A stretch of 64,000 bases of DNA from Candidatus Omnitrophota bacterium (GTDB lineage Bacteria > Omnitrophota > Gorgyraeia > Zapsychrales > JANLHA01), in NCBI GenBank assembly GCA_029560465.1, contig JAKQKX010000102.1:68601-132600 (forward strand). Reading direction: 5' to 3'. Each line of letters starts with the position of its first letter. Position 1 is the stretch's first letter. Below the pieces are notes generated by a model. That model worked only from the letters and a program-made list of their open reading frames with translations, made no database searches and was not told the origin of the DNA. This document shows, one piece after another, positions 51,867 to 62,107 of this stretch. A program made the position numbers and the translations under genes.

Positions 51867-52370
51867 TTAAGGATGCATCGGCTCCTTATGAGCGTCTGCC
51901 CGGGGGATGCATTTCAAGGCGATAATCAGGGCCCCCACCGTGATGGCGCTATCGGCGATATTAAACACTGGCCAGATCTGAAAGTCAACAAAGTCGATGA
52001 CATACCCATAACAAATACGGTCAATCAGGTTCCCGATCGCCCCGGCCAGGATCATGGAAAAAGCCACAATATAAAGGCGGCTCAACTTTTCATTATTGGA
52101 TTTATAATAATAAATATTATACACCAACAAAACGATCGCGATCATAGGGACAATAATAAACACAATCCCGTGGTTCTTAAACAGTCCGAACGCGATCCCC
52201 GTGTTATGAACAAGCGTCATGTGCAAGATATGGCGGATCACTGGCAACGACTCCCCTTCTGCCAGGATATTGGAGAAAAAAATTTTAGTAATGCGGTCCA
52301 GAAAAACGATAAAAGAAACAGTGAACAGGGAAAGGAAAATATCTAATTGCGGCTTTACAACATTTTTCAT
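51867..52370 (-). CDS. lspA: Lipoprotein signal peptidase (signal peptidase II)
   Basis: 167 aa with four TM helices and the conserved NTGIAFGLF and FNIADS motifs. Confidence 0.92.
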   Translation of the reverse strand: MKNVVKPQLDIFLSLFTVSFIVFLDRITKIFFSNILAEGESLPVIRHILHMTLVHNTGIAFGLFKNHGIVFIIVPMIAIVLLVYNIYYYKSNNEKLSRLYIVAFSMILAGAIGNLIDRICYGYVIDFVDFQIWPVFNIADSAITVGALIIALKCIPRADAHKEPMHP

Positions 52371-52471
52371 AATAACTCAATATCTGTACACATGACAACC
52401 TGCTAAAAGAGGAATGGAAAATCCTTTAGGAATCAGAACGTTGCCATATTTCAGGAAACCCCTGGTAATTC

Positions 52472-52873
52472 TTAATGAGCCGGTTTTTTTTGCTGCTCCA
52501 GCTTTTCCTGACATTGGAGGCAAGTTTCCACATAAGGGATGGCTTCCAGGCGCACTTCCGAGATGGGCTGCTGGCACTCCACGCATAATCCATAATTGTC
52601 TTCTTCTATCCTCTTAAGGGCCTTATCAACCTTTTGCAACAATTCGCGGTCATTCGACGCTAACCCCAGAGTGAATTCCCGGTCATACATGTCCGTGGCG
52701 AAATCCGCCATATGCAGGCCATGCCCCCCGGAAAACTCTTCAAGGGGCTCCTTGGACTCGGACGATTTTCCACCGGTCATATTCTTAATGTCATGGACTA
52801 TTTTTTCTTTAATCTCCAGAAGGCTTTTCCTGTAAACATCTTTCTGCTTTTTATTCAACTTGTTTTCCGTCAT
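52472..52873 (-). CDS. dksA: DksA/TraR family C4-type zinc-finger transcription factor
   Basis: 133 aa with a coiled-coil N-terminal half and a C-terminal CVECQQPI...CLQC zinc finger. Confidence 0.85.
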   Translation of the reverse strand: MTENKLNKKQKDVYRKSLLEIKEKIVHDIKNMTGGKSSESKEPLEEFSGGHGLHMADFATDMYDREFTLGLASNDRELLQKVDKALKRIEEDNYGLCVECQQPISEVRLEAIPYVETCLQCQEKLEQQKKPAH

Positions 52874-53017
52874 TCCCTATTTCTCCTTTTCTTGCTTCCC
52901 GCCATGTTAGGGAGAAGAATCCAACTTGATTCGAAATCCGACATTAACCTATAGCCAAGTATACAAGATGAACTATCTAAGTCAAAGTCCCGTGCGCCCC
53001 GTGCTAACAGGTCCTCC

Positions 53018-55849
53018 TCAGGCAACGTCCACCAACCCGTCCCGAATCATGGCCTCCACAACCGGCAAACAACGCTCGCACAATTCCGGATGCTCCCGGC
53101 TTTGCCCGACTTGCGGGCTATAATTCCAGCAACGGACACACTTGTTCCCATACGCCTTCTGGATAATAATAGCCGTCTTGGGAAACTCTTCATGGACGCC
53201 CTGGCTTACATGCTCCACCCGCTCCACCTCAACCTGGGACACAATAAAAACCTGCGGTAAAATGGCCGCCAAAGTATTTAGGTTTTCGGCATCCCGGTCG
53301 CTGGAGGTCCTGAATATAATCCGGGCTTCCAGGGAACTGCCGATTACCTCTTCACGGCGGCTGTCTTCCAGGGCTTTAAGAACATGCGGCCGCAAAGTTT
53401 CCAGGAAACAAAATTTTTTTTCTAAACGTTCATTACGCCAGCCTTTCAAACAATCCGGCCATTGAAGAAGATGCACGCTGGACAAACAGGCCGTTTGCGG
53501 AGTCTTCGGCATAAGCTGAAACACTTCTTCAGCCGTAAAACTCAGGACCGGAGCGATGTAACAAACCAGGTGGTTAAGAATATGAAAAAGAACAGTCTGC
53601 GCTGATTTCCTTTCCCTTGAAAAAGCGTGAGAAGTATACAGTCTATCTTTAAGAATGTCAAGATAAAAACCCGACAACGCTTCATTACAATAAGAATAAA
53701 TGAGTTTGTAGGCCCGGGCGAACTCAAACTGCTCGTAAGCTTCCCGCAGATCAAGAGCGACCTGTTGAAGTTTGTGCAAAGCCCACTGGTCAATTTCAAC
53801 CAAATGGTCATAACCCAAAAGCTCTTTTAAGGGGTCAAACCCATCAAGGTTCCCCAAAAGGAACCGGATGGTATTGCGGATTTTGCGGTACGCATCGATC
53901 ACGCGCGCCATGATCTCTTTGGATAAACGGATATCATCATGATAATTGCTGGAGGCCACCCACAAGCGGAGGATATCCGCGCCGTTGGTCTTGATAACAT
54001 CCTGAGGAGAGATCACGTTCCCCAAGGATTTCGACATCTTCCGGCCCTGGCCGTCCATGACAAAACCATGGGTTAACACGGCTTTATAAGGCGGCATCCC
54101 GTCCAAGGCGACCGCCGGGATCAAAGAAGACTGGAACCAACCGCGGTGCTGGTCAGACCCTTCCAAATAAAGGTCCACCGGGATCTTCCGCCCCAGCATG
54201 GGGCCAACAACCGCCTTGTGGCTCACCCCGGAATCAAACCAGACATCCAGGATATCGAATGTCCGTTTAAAAGCACGTTTCCCGCAGTCCGGACACGCAA
54301 AACCCTCCGGGAGAAGTTCAGGCAACCCCTTCCGAAACCATGCATCAGTCCCTTCCGTCCTAACAATGCTTGCGAAATGGTCAATCACTGCGGGATAAAG
54401 TTTATGCTCCCCCCCGCATCCTTCACATTCCAAAGCGGGAATCGGCACGCCCCAATGGCGCTGACGAGAAAGGCACCAGTCCGGCCTGGAAATGATCATT
54501 CCGGTCATCCGTTCCTGCCCCGACGCCGGAATCCAGAGTATTTTCTCCTGAACCGCCTGGCGCAGCTTGGCCCGCAAGTCCTTATGATCAATCTTCATAA
54601 ACCACTGATGCGTGGCCCTGAAAATAATCGGCTTCTTGCAGCGCCAGCAATGCGGATAGCTGTGGCTGATCGTTTCTGAAGCCGCCAGCATCCCCCTGGC
54701 CTTCAAGTTCTGGATGATCTGTTCGTTCGCTTTAAAAACATGCTGCCCGGCGAACGCGCCCGCCTCTTGAGTAAATAACCCCTGGTCATCAACCGGCATG
54801 AGGATATCAAGGTGATGTTCGAGGCCGGCTTCATAGTCTTCCTGGCCGTGGCCGGGAGCGGTATGGACCAGCCCGGTCCCGTCTTCCTTCGTTACGTAGT
54901 CGACCACCACAACACGGCAGTTTTGTTTTAATCCAAACGGGTGCGTATACAACAATTCCTGCAGGGCCTCTCCCGAGACCTCCTGGAGGACTTCATATTT
55001 CGCAACCCCGGCCTTGCCCAAGACGCGTTCGCACAGGGTCTTCTCCAAGACCACCGCTTCTTCCCCGATATCAACGCACACATACTGAAAGGCCCGGTGC
55101 ACGGCCACCGCGACATTAGCCAGCAGCGTCCAGGGCGTGGTCGTCCAAATCATGAGCGAAAGGGGCTTGCCTTTCGGCGTCCTTCCCAGAGCCTGAGGGT
55201 TGTTCACCTGGAATTTAACATAGACCGACGGGGAATTGTGATCTTCATATTCGACTTCCGCCTCCGCCAAGGCCGTCTCACAGTTAGGGCACCAGTTCAC
55301 CGGTTTGAGCCCGCGGTAAACATACCCGTCCTTGACCAGGCTGGAAAACGACGAAAGGATCCAGTACTCGTATTCCGGAGACAGGGTGAGATACGGCTTC
55401 TCCCATTGCCCCAGGACACCCAGCCGTTGAAACTGCTCCCGTTGAATATCAACGTATTTCATCGCGTAGTCATGGGCTTTCCGGCGGAAGTCCACCGTAT
55501 CCACGTCCGACTTCCTCTTTTTCAATTCCTTGAACAATTGATGCTCAATCGGCAGCCCGTGGCAATCCCACCCGGGGACATATAACGCGTCATATCCCTG
55601 CATGGTTTTCATTTTCACGATGATATCTTTTAAAATCTTATTCAACGCGTGACCGATATGGATATTGCCGTTAGCGTACGGGGGCCCGTCATGCAAAACA
55701 TACGGTTCGCAACCAGCCCGCGCCTCACGGATCGCGGCGTGCAATTGATTGGTTTCCCAGAGCGCGAGCCACTGCGGCTCCTTTTGGGCCAGCTCGGCCC
55801 GCATGGAAAATTCGGTTTTAGGCAAATTCAGGGTCTTTTGATAGTTCAT
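53018..55849 (-). CDS. ileS: Isoleucine--tRNA ligase
   Basis: 943 aa with a HIGH-type motif (PYANGNIHIGH), KMSKS, a CP1 editing domain and a C-terminal zinc-binding cysteine cluster. Confidence 0.97.
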   Translation of the reverse strand: MNYQKTLNLPKTEFSMRAELAQKEPQWLALWETNQLHAAIREARAGCEPYVLHDGPPYANGNIHIGHALNKILKDIIVKMKTMQGYDALYVPGWDCHGLPIEHQLFKELKKRKSDVDTVDFRRKAHDYAMKYVDIQREQFQRLGVLGQWEKPYLTLSPEYEYWILSSFSSLVKDGYVYRGLKPVNWCPNCETALAEAEVEYEDHNSPSVYVKFQVNNPQALGRTPKGKPLSLMIWTTTPWTLLANVAVAVHRAFQYVCVDIGEEAVVLEKTLCERVLGKAGVAKYEVLQEVSGEALQELLYTHPFGLKQNCRVVVVDYVTKEDGTGLVHTAPGHGQEDYEAGLEHHLDILMPVDDQGLFTQEAGAFAGQHVFKANEQIIQNLKARGMLAASETISHSYPHCWRCKKPIIFRATHQWFMKIDHKDLRAKLRQAVQEKILWIPASGQERMTGMIISRPDWCLSRQRHWGVPIPALECEGCGGEHKLYPAVIDHFASIVRTEGTDAWFRKGLPELLPEGFACPDCGKRAFKRTFDILDVWFDSGVSHKAVVGPMLGRKIPVDLYLEGSDQHRGWFQSSLIPAVALDGMPPYKAVLTHGFVMDGQGRKMSKSLGNVISPQDVIKTNGADILRLWVASSNYHDDIRLSKEIMARVIDAYRKIRNTIRFLLGNLDGFDPLKELLGYDHLVEIDQWALHKLQQVALDLREAYEQFEFARAYKLIYSYCNEALSGFYLDILKDRLYTSHAFSRERKSAQTVLFHILNHLVCYIAPVLSFTAEEVFQLMPKTPQTACLSSVHLLQWPDCLKGWRNERLEKKFCFLETLRPHVLKALEDSRREEVIGSSLEARIIFRTSSDRDAENLNTLAAILPQVFIVSQVEVERVEHVSQGVHEEFPKTAIIIQKAYGNKCVRCWNYSPQVGQSREHPELCERCLPVVEAMIRDGLVDVA

Positions 55850-55932
55850 GGCATCATCACATTCTATAAGAAATCATCCTTGTTATTTTTTCATCCACCC
55901 AAGAGTCCGGGCCTCGGCAGACCAGAGTCCCG

Positions 55933-56793
55933 TTATTTCAAATATTGTCCGATAAAAATCTCCAGTAATTTCTTTTTATCATCAGGGATCAGGGACCGGT
56001 CGGTCACCAGGGAGAACTTCAGCACACCGGCCGCGCTGAATTCTTCCATGGCGCCAATCAGGGGAATCGCCCGTTCCAAAATTTTACGGGCATTAATGAC
56101 GTTTTTATTTAAATTCTCAATGATCATCTCCACCGTCACAGAATCATGCGACGGATGCCAGCAGTCGTAATCCGTCACCGCCGCCAGGGTGGCATACGAT
56201 ATTTCCGCTTCGCGGGCCAGCTTCGCTTCCGTCAAGTTGGTCATGCCGATGATGGACATGTCCCAGGTGCGGTATAAGTTGGATTCCGCTTTTGTCGAAA
56301 ATTGCGGCCCTTCGATATTGACATAGGTGCCTCCATCGTGAATGACGCACCCCGCCTCCCGGCCGGCCTTCAGAAGCGCGGCGCGGACTTCCGGAGAAAA
56401 CGGATCGGCAAACGGGATATGCCCGACAATCCCGTCCTCAAAAAAGGTGTCGGCCCGCTTGCCTTTCGTCCGGTCAAACAGTTGGTCCGGCACGACGAAA
56501 TGCTGCGGCTCAAACGCCTCCTTCAGGCTCCCAACGGCCGAGACAGCGATAATCGCGCTGACGCCCAATTTCTTCATGCCCCAGATATTGGCCCGGTAAT
56601 TGATCTCACTGGGAGAAATCCGGTGCCCTTTCCCGTGACGGGGCAAGAAAACAACATCCACGCCCTGGAACCGGCCTACCACAAAATTACACGACGGCTG
56701 GCCAAACGGCGTAAACATCGACCGCTCATCCAGAATTTCTATCCCGTCCAACTGGTACAACCCGCTTCCACCAATAATCCCGACTTTAGCCAT
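55933..56793 (-). CDS. mtnP: S-methyl-5'-thioadenosine phosphorylase (PNP/MTAP family)
   Basis: 286 aa with MAKVGIIGGSGLY and FLPRHGKGHRISPSEINYRANIWGMKKLGV. Confidence 0.88.
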   Translation of the reverse strand: MAKVGIIGGSGLYQLDGIEILDERSMFTPFGQPSCNFVVGRFQGVDVVFLPRHGKGHRISPSEINYRANIWGMKKLGVSAIIAVSAVGSLKEAFEPQHFVVPDQLFDRTKGKRADTFFEDGIVGHIPFADPFSPEVRAALLKAGREAGCVIHDGGTYVNIEGPQFSTKAESNLYRTWDMSIIGMTNLTEAKLAREAEISYATLAAVTDYDCWHPSHDSVTVEMIIENLNKNVINARKILERAIPLIGAMEEFSAAGVLKFSLVTDRSLIPDDKKKLLEIFIGQYLK

Positions 56794-56852
56794 GAGGTCC
56801 TCCTCATTTTAATAACCGGCGCACCCTCGCCGGATCGACCAGCCCAACCGCA

Positions 56853-57641
56853 TCACTGCCTAAGCTGCCTGGCCCGGCGTTCCGCCGCCCCAAGCGCCCG
56901 CGTGAATACCGTCTGGATTTTATATTTGTCAAACACGTCCATGGCCGCCTGCGTGGTCCCGCCTTTGGATGTCACCCGGGCCCTGAGCCCGGACGCTTCT
57001 TCCTCCGAATCCAAAAGCAGATGAACACTGCCCTGAAGCGTCTGGCAGACCAACTGGCGGCTGAGCTTGGGGTCTAGGCCTAAAGACGCCGCGGCATTCA
57101 TCAGGCATTCCGCGAATAAAAACACATAGGCCGGCCCGCTGCCAGAAACCGCGGTCACCGCGTCCATCCACTGTTCATCCACCACTTCGGTGGCGCCGAC
57201 ATGTTTAAATATCTCACGGGCTGTCCGGATATCAGCCGCGCGCGTGTTCCGTCCCCCGCACAGGGCCGTCATCCCCTCCGCGATCACAGCCGGCATATTC
57301 GGCATGGTCCGCACCACCCGGGCCCCGGGCGGCAGCCCTTTTTCCAAAAACCCGGTCGTCAGCCCGGCCGCAATAGAAATCAGCACCTTGTCTTTGGTAA
57401 AACTGCCGCCGACTTCTGCCAAAACCCACGGGCTATCCTGCGGTTTAACCGCCAAGATGACAATGTCCGACTGCTTGACCAAATCCGGCAACTCTTTATT
57501 ATCAACGCGGTACTTCCGTTTTAAAACCTTCGCCTTGGCGGGGTCCTTTTCACAAACAGCCACCGCGTAGTGCCGGTAAATCCGGCTTATAATCGCGGTC
57601 CCCATATTCCCGCCGCCAATAAACCCGACATGGTGTTTCAT
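56853..57641 (-). CDS. proC: Pyrroline-5-carboxylate reductase
   Basis: Rossmann GFIGGGNMG and a P5CR dimerisation domain. I trimmed the start to the internal MKHHVGFIGGG. Confidence 0.9.
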   Translation of the reverse strand: MKHHVGFIGGGNMGTAIISRIYRHYAVAVCEKDPAKAKVLKRKYRVDNKELPDLVKQSDIVILAVKPQDSPWVLAEVGGSFTKDKVLISIAAGLTTGFLEKGLPPGARVVRTMPNMPAVIAEGMTALCGGRNTRAADIRTAREIFKHVGATEVVDEQWMDAVTAVSGSGPAYVFLFAECLMNAAASLGLDPKLSRQLVCQTLQGSVHLLLDSEEEASGLRARVTSKGGTTQAAMDVFDKYKIQTVFTRALGAAERRARQLRQ

Positions 57642-57684
57642 GGTTGCCTCATCTCCCTCGCAGAGCCACATCCCCTTGAAAATA

Positions 57685-58380
57685 TTAACCAAATATCGCG
57701 GTGCCGACCCGCAGCATGTTGGCGCCTTCCTGAATCGCGAAGGCATAGTCATGCGTCATGCCCATCGACAAATATTTCATGGAAACCTGGGGGGCCCCCG
57801 CAAACCGCTTCGCGGCCCGGTCACGAATAACGCGGGCAGCGCTGAAACAAGACCGGATCACAGATTCATCCTCCACGAACGGCGCAATGGTCATAATCCC
57901 GTTGACCCGGACATACTCTAACCCGGCCGCCTGGTCCATAAAATCCAAGGCTTCCTCGGCCGGAACGCCAAACTTCTGTTCCTCGCCCGCGCAATCAACC
58001 TGAATCAACACGTCCGCCTTCTGCCCCCGTTTACGGGCCTGTTTGTCGATTTCCTCCGCCAGGCGCAAACTGTCCACCGACTGAATCATGTCAAAAAGCT
58101 CCAGCACAGGCTTAACCTTATTCGTCTGTAGGTGCCCGATCATGTGTTTCCTGACCGCCGGCAACAATTCCCCCAAAGCCGGGAATTTACCCTGGGCGAC
58201 CTGCACTTTATTTTCCCCGATATCAGTCAAACCACAGCGAACCGCCTCCGCGATCTTGTCCGCATCAGCGAATTTCGTCACCCCGACAAGGATGATTTCA
58301 TCCGGATTCCGCCCACAGCGCGCGCATATCTGCGCTATGGCGGCCCGGAGAAACTCAAGCTTTTCTTTAATCATTGCCAT
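57685..58380 (-). CDS. yggS: YggS-family pyridoxal-phosphate homeostasis protein (alanine racemase N-terminal fold)
   Basis: 231 aa with VGVTKFAD..GENKVQ and a C-terminal LSMGMTHDY motif. Confidence 0.9.
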   Translation of the reverse strand: MAMIKEKLEFLRAAIAQICARCGRNPDEIILVGVTKFADADKIAEAVRCGLTDIGENKVQVAQGKFPALGELLPAVRKHMIGHLQTNKVKPVLELFDMIQSVDSLRLAEEIDKQARKRGQKADVLIQVDCAGEEQKFGVPAEEALDFMDQAAGLEYVRVNGIMTIAPFVEDESVIRSCFSAARVIRDRAAKRFAGAPQVSMKYLSMGMTHDYAFAIQEGANMLRVGTAIFG

Positions 58381-58461
58381 AAACTAGCATAAAAGCCCAA
58401 AGGCGTCAATCAATAAAGAGCCTTCATTAATATAGAATTTACTGATTAATATTAATCTTAA

Positions 58462-59412
58462 TTATAGACCTATTATTACCGAAACGGCTCGATGATCAGA
58501 CCCGGGAAGCGAAAGGACGTCCCTCTGGATGACAGAGATTTCTTGACTGACCAAAATGTGGTCCAAAGGAATCCTCATGAAAGCCGGGACATAAAACGGC
58601 CAGGTGGGCACAGCCCCTTTTCCTCGTGCGGAATCCTTCAGCCCAACAGCACTAAACATTCCAAACCACGGACACCACGGGGCCATGTTCAGATCCCCCG
58701 CGACAAGGCTCGGCCGGGAATCCCCTCCAATCTCTCGAACTAAGCTTTTTAACTGGCCGTTACGCCAGGCCCACCCCTTCCTGCTCATCGGAGGCGTCGG
58801 ATGCGTGGCCCAAAGGACCCATTCCTTGGCCCCCTGCGGCATAACACACCGGATCGAAGGCACCGGCGCTTCCCCCAAATACCGGACATCCATGGACACC
58901 GCGGGCACCCGCGAAAAAACACCCAAGCCAAAACAGTCATTCCGGGGCACCACTTTCTGAAAAAGATATTCCTTAAGATAAGGACGCAGGGCTTCATAAA
59001 GCGGCGTACTGATCTCGGAAATGACCAACACATCAGGATTATCCCTGAGCAGGACAGCCGCAATGGTGTCATAATCGACATTGGCCACGTTCACGTTGGC
59101 GTAGGTCACCCGGACAGGGGAAGAAACAGGGGCCCCCTCCGGCAAGGGAACGGAACCCGGGACGTACGCCACCAATGGTGTTCCGGCGAGCAGAATCATA
59201 AGCAAGGTCGCGGCAAAAAGGACACGCTTCCTCCACAAGGCAAAAAACGGCAGACTCAGGACAAGGAACCCGACCTGCTGCAGACGGAAATGGCTGAACA
59301 GGTCAAAAAACCAAAACCACCGGCCCATCCAGCCCAACACCGGCCCTGACAACGCCAGCCAAAAAAATATCCAGGGGAAATACTTCGAAGGAATGCGCTG
59401 GCGCTGTGTCAT
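58462..59412 (-). CDS. Membrane-anchored endonuclease/exonuclease/phosphatase (EEP) family protein
   Basis: An N-terminal region of about 100 aa with multiple TM helices, then an EEP fold with terminal GDLNMAP and SDHRAV motifs. I trimmed the start to MTQRQR to avoid overlap with the upstream gene. Confidence 0.75.
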   Translation of the reverse strand: MTQRQRIPSKYFPWIFFWLALSGPVLGWMGRWFWFFDLFSHFRLQQVGFLVLSLPFFALWRKRVLFAATLLMILLAGTPLVAYVPGSVPLPEGAPVSSPVRVTYANVNVANVDYDTIAAVLLRDNPDVLVISEISTPLYEALRPYLKEYLFQKVVPRNDCFGLGVFSRVPAVSMDVRYLGEAPVPSIRCVMPQGAKEWVLWATHPTPPMSRKGWAWRNGQLKSLVREIGGDSRPSLVAGDLNMAPWCPWFGMFSAVGLKDSARGKGAVPTWPFYVPAFMRIPLDHILVSQEISVIQRDVLSLPGSDHRAVSVIIGL

Positions 59413-59437
59413 GAAAGCCCCCGTTTGCCAAAAAATT

Positions 59438-60145
59438 TTAAGGCCGGCGCAAAACCCGATGGCCGTTAATGTCCTGAACGACAATATCCGGGACCGCCTT
59501 AAACAAATCTCCTTGCTGGATTTCTTTAGCCAACCGCTCCTGCTGAATTATGTTAGCGGCGTCATAAAGCGGCGTCTGGCTCAAGTCATTGATGACCGCA
59601 ATCTTTTTGCCGGGCTGATTGTCCAGGACCTTGTAGATCCTCCTGATATAAAGATCTATCTTTTCCGGCGGGTAAGGGAACACTTCAACCGCGGCCTTAA
59701 ATATAATCTTGCCCCATTCCTCTTCTCCCAGTTTTTGCATCAAAGCATACAGGGAGCTGTACTTGAGCAACCGCTGCTGTCCCGGCTTCAAACGGCGGGA
59801 ATGGCTCAGGAGCATATGCGTCAGTTCCTGAGGGTTGAACGTCTTGAGCTCTTTATGCACGTCAAAGTTCAACAGGTTAAAATGATAGACGCCTCGCACC
59901 GCCCCGGACGCGGTTTCCACGCTGCGGTTCAGCAAATCCAGGCAGGATTCCCAGATAAATTTCTCGTCACTGCGGATCACGTTCACCGCGAGGACGGTAT
60001 AGGCGTCCCCGCCCTCCTCGGCCTCAAACAGCTGCATATGGTTCGGGACCAGCCCTTTAAACCGGATCAGGGCAAACGGCGGCAGGGGCACAAACGTCGG
60101 GCTCGCCGCCATGTCAAATTCGATCAGGTTCGTCATGCGCGCCAT
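59438..60145 (-). CDS. Hypothetical protein (235 aa)
   Basis: Balanced amino-acid composition and co-directional with neighbours. I prefer it to the antisense 283-aa plus-strand ORF, which is His/Arg-rich. I recognise no domain. Confidence 0.5.
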   Translation of the reverse strand: MARMTNLIEFDMAASPTFVPLPPFALIRFKGLVPNHMQLFEAEEGGDAYTVLAVNVIRSDEKFIWESCLDLLNRSVETASGAVRGVYHFNLLNFDVHKELKTFNPQELTHMLLSHSRRLKPGQQRLLKYSSLYALMQKLGEEEWGKIIFKAAVEVFPYPPEKIDLYIRRIYKVLDNQPGKKIAVINDLSQTPLYDAANIIQQERLAKEIQQGDLFKAVPDIVVQDINGHRVLRRP

Positions 60146-60232
60146 CCATTTTTAATTTTTAATTGCGCTGTCTTCCAGCGCCCGGGAACACAGCCCGGGG
60201 CAAGAAAACGAGCCCCATTTCTAAAAAACCGC

Positions 60233-60628
60233 CTAAGGATTTGATCGCGTAGAGGATTTTATCAATTCCGCCAACGTGGACGGCTGGACCGCCCGCAGCC
60301 ATTGATGATCAAAGGCCGGGTCGTCCCCGCTGTCGGCGGTCCAGTCCACCAGAATTCCCTCATCACTGAAAACATACGCGGCCGGCCCGGAAGGCAGCGC
60401 AAACCAGGAGTCCCTGGGGCTGAATGCGATATAATAAAAGCCGCTTTTCTGCCGATTCTTGACAACCCTCTGCGGCATCCTTTTTAACGCGACATACTGG
60501 GTCACATTGGAAAATTTTTGTTCTGGGCTGTTGATCCGGCGCCATCTGAATTCCGAAGTCAACCATGCGAGGACGGGAAAAACCGCCCCCAGGGTTGCCA
60601 ACACGACAAACTTATTTCGCTTGCGCAC
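60233..60628 (-). CDS. Hypothetical membrane-anchored protein (131 aa)
   Basis: One N-terminal TM helix (FVVLATLGAVFPVLAWL) and a soluble C-terminal domain. Confidence 0.45.
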   Translation of the reverse strand: MRKRNKFVVLATLGAVFPVLAWLTSEFRWRRINSPEQKFSNVTQYVALKRMPQRVVKNRQKSGFYYIAFSPRDSWFALPSGPAAYVFSDEGILVDWTADSGDDPAFDHQWLRAVQPSTLAELIKSSTRSNP

Positions 60629-60695
60629 CGGTCTGCCTCATACTTGTTTCCCGTTAAAATCATTCCCGAGGAAGGGGAAAGGCCTGTCACGGTGA

Positions 60696-61460
60696 TTAGT
60701 CGTTCCGGTCTGTGTACCAATCATAGTTCGCCCGCCGGTATGTTTCATCCCTGCGGTCCTGGGAATCCCTCCGGTAACGGTACGAGTCGTCGAGGATCCT
60801 CTGGGTATCCCGCTGCTGATCTTGCCAGATTTGATACCGTTGCCGCCAGTCTCCCCCGCCCTGCGCGGGCTCAGATTGCTGCGGATACGCCTGCTGCTGC
60901 ACCGGCATATTCCCGTCCTCTACCGCCGTGGTGATAACCATAAACGTGAGCCCAAACATAAGCACGAGGGACAGGATAGAAAGGCCCGCCACCCAAACCG
61001 CCCTGCGGGGATTTTTCCGGACATAATCCTGCACAAAAGAAGGCTTTCCTCGCCATGGCCGAAACCCCCACATCACAAAACGATACGCAGCCGCATCCAA
61101 CGGGCATAATCCTTCAGGCTCATCCCCGGCAGGAGCATCCGACTTGGGCGGAGGGGGCTCTTGCTCCCGGGACGCGGGTTCGGCGCAGCAAGCGCGCTTG
61201 GGTAACGGCGGAGGAACCGGCTTCTGAGGGGCCGCCTTGGGCAAAGGCGGCGGCTTCATACACTCCTCAAGCAACGACCCGAAAGCCTCCTGGAGTTCCA
61301 GGACATCACACAGGGGCAGCCATTCCTTCATGCCTTGGCACCAGGCCAGCGTTTCTTCCGTAATCTTCCCGTCCATAATATTCTCTTTAATAACGTCTTC
61401 CTTCAGCGGGCCGACTTCCTGATGATCAATTCCGAAAAAATATCTTTTCTTAAGCATCAC
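60696..61460 (-). CDS. GYF-like (DUF4339-type) domain membrane protein with Pro-rich linker and Arg/Asp/Tyr-rich tail
   Basis: The N-terminus YFFGIDHQEVGPLKEDVIKENIMDGKITEETLAWCQGMKEWLPL fits the DUF4339 / GYF_2 pattern. It is followed by a PPPLPK proline-rich segment, one TM helix, and a Q/R/D/Y low-complexity C-terminus. Confidence 0.6.
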   Translation of the reverse strand: MMLKKRYFFGIDHQEVGPLKEDVIKENIMDGKITEETLAWCQGMKEWLPLCDVLELQEAFGSLLEECMKPPPLPKAAPQKPVPPPLPKRACCAEPASREQEPPPPKSDAPAGDEPEGLCPLDAAAYRFVMWGFRPWRGKPSFVQDYVRKNPRRAVWVAGLSILSLVLMFGLTFMVITTAVEDGNMPVQQQAYPQQSEPAQGGGDWRQRYQIWQDQQRDTQRILDDSYRYRRDSQDRRDETYRRANYDWYTDRND

Positions 61461-61589
61461 ACCTCCTCTTGTCCTATCCCCCGGGGACTGCCATTACCTT
61501 ATAATTTCTTTGAGCCAGCAGCCGCCCCGCCGCCGGCTGGATTGATACCGCCAAAACATTCCGTCCCCCAGGGGCCAGGGGGATGCCGC

Positions 61590-62063
61590 TCAATCGCCGA
61601 AAGTAATCTGGGCCATATGCGCTGACAATTTCAGGGCATCCAGAAAATGACGGGCCGGCAACTTATTCTTCACGACCAACCCCATCATGCAACCGCCGGA
61701 ATACGCCGTAAACAGCGCGACATCCGGATTTTCAAAATTCAGAGACAAAACATAATTCGAAATAAACGTGACGTCATGAAAAGACGGGTCCGCCTCCCCT
61801 GAAATCTGGCCGCGGCCAATGTCCATAAGATTCAACGCCAATTCCTGAGCCGGCCACTCCGGGTGCTCCCAAACCAGCCTGCCCTTGATCTGCTGATAAT
61901 CCGGGAGAACCCTGTTACAAAAATCCATAATCTGCTGTCCATACGTGCTATAAAGCGGCGCGGCGATTTCTGTGGGATTCCGGTCCCCGGCATCAGCCCG
62001 CCCTATCATCAAAGACGCCACCCCCAAGACCGGGATAAGAAAATTTGCGAATCGAAACCTCAT
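61590..62063 (-). CDS. Hypothetical secreted protein (about 157 aa)
   Basis: Signal peptide MRFRFANFLIPVLGVASLMIGRADA followed by a mixed alpha/beta domain. I trimmed the start to the internal Met to remove the overlap with the upstream gene. Confidence 0.5.
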   Translation of the reverse strand: MRFRFANFLIPVLGVASLMIGRADAGDRNPTEIAAPLYSTYGQQIMDFCNRVLPDYQQIKGRLVWEHPEWPAQELALNLMDIGRGQISGEADPSFHDVTFISNYVLSLNFENPDVALFTAYSGGCMMGLVVKNKLPARHFLDALKLSAHMAQITFGD

Positions 62064-62107
62064 TAAGAATTTTCCTCCACACGCAAACCCATTGAAAGCA
62101 CAAAGGG

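Noticed and set aside
59393-60244. 283-aa plus-strand ORF antisense to the 235-aa hypothetical gene
   Set aside because: Arg/His-rich composition, opposite to the orientation of every other gene in the window. The minus-strand reading has a protein-like composition. I kept the minus-strand call, at modest confidence.
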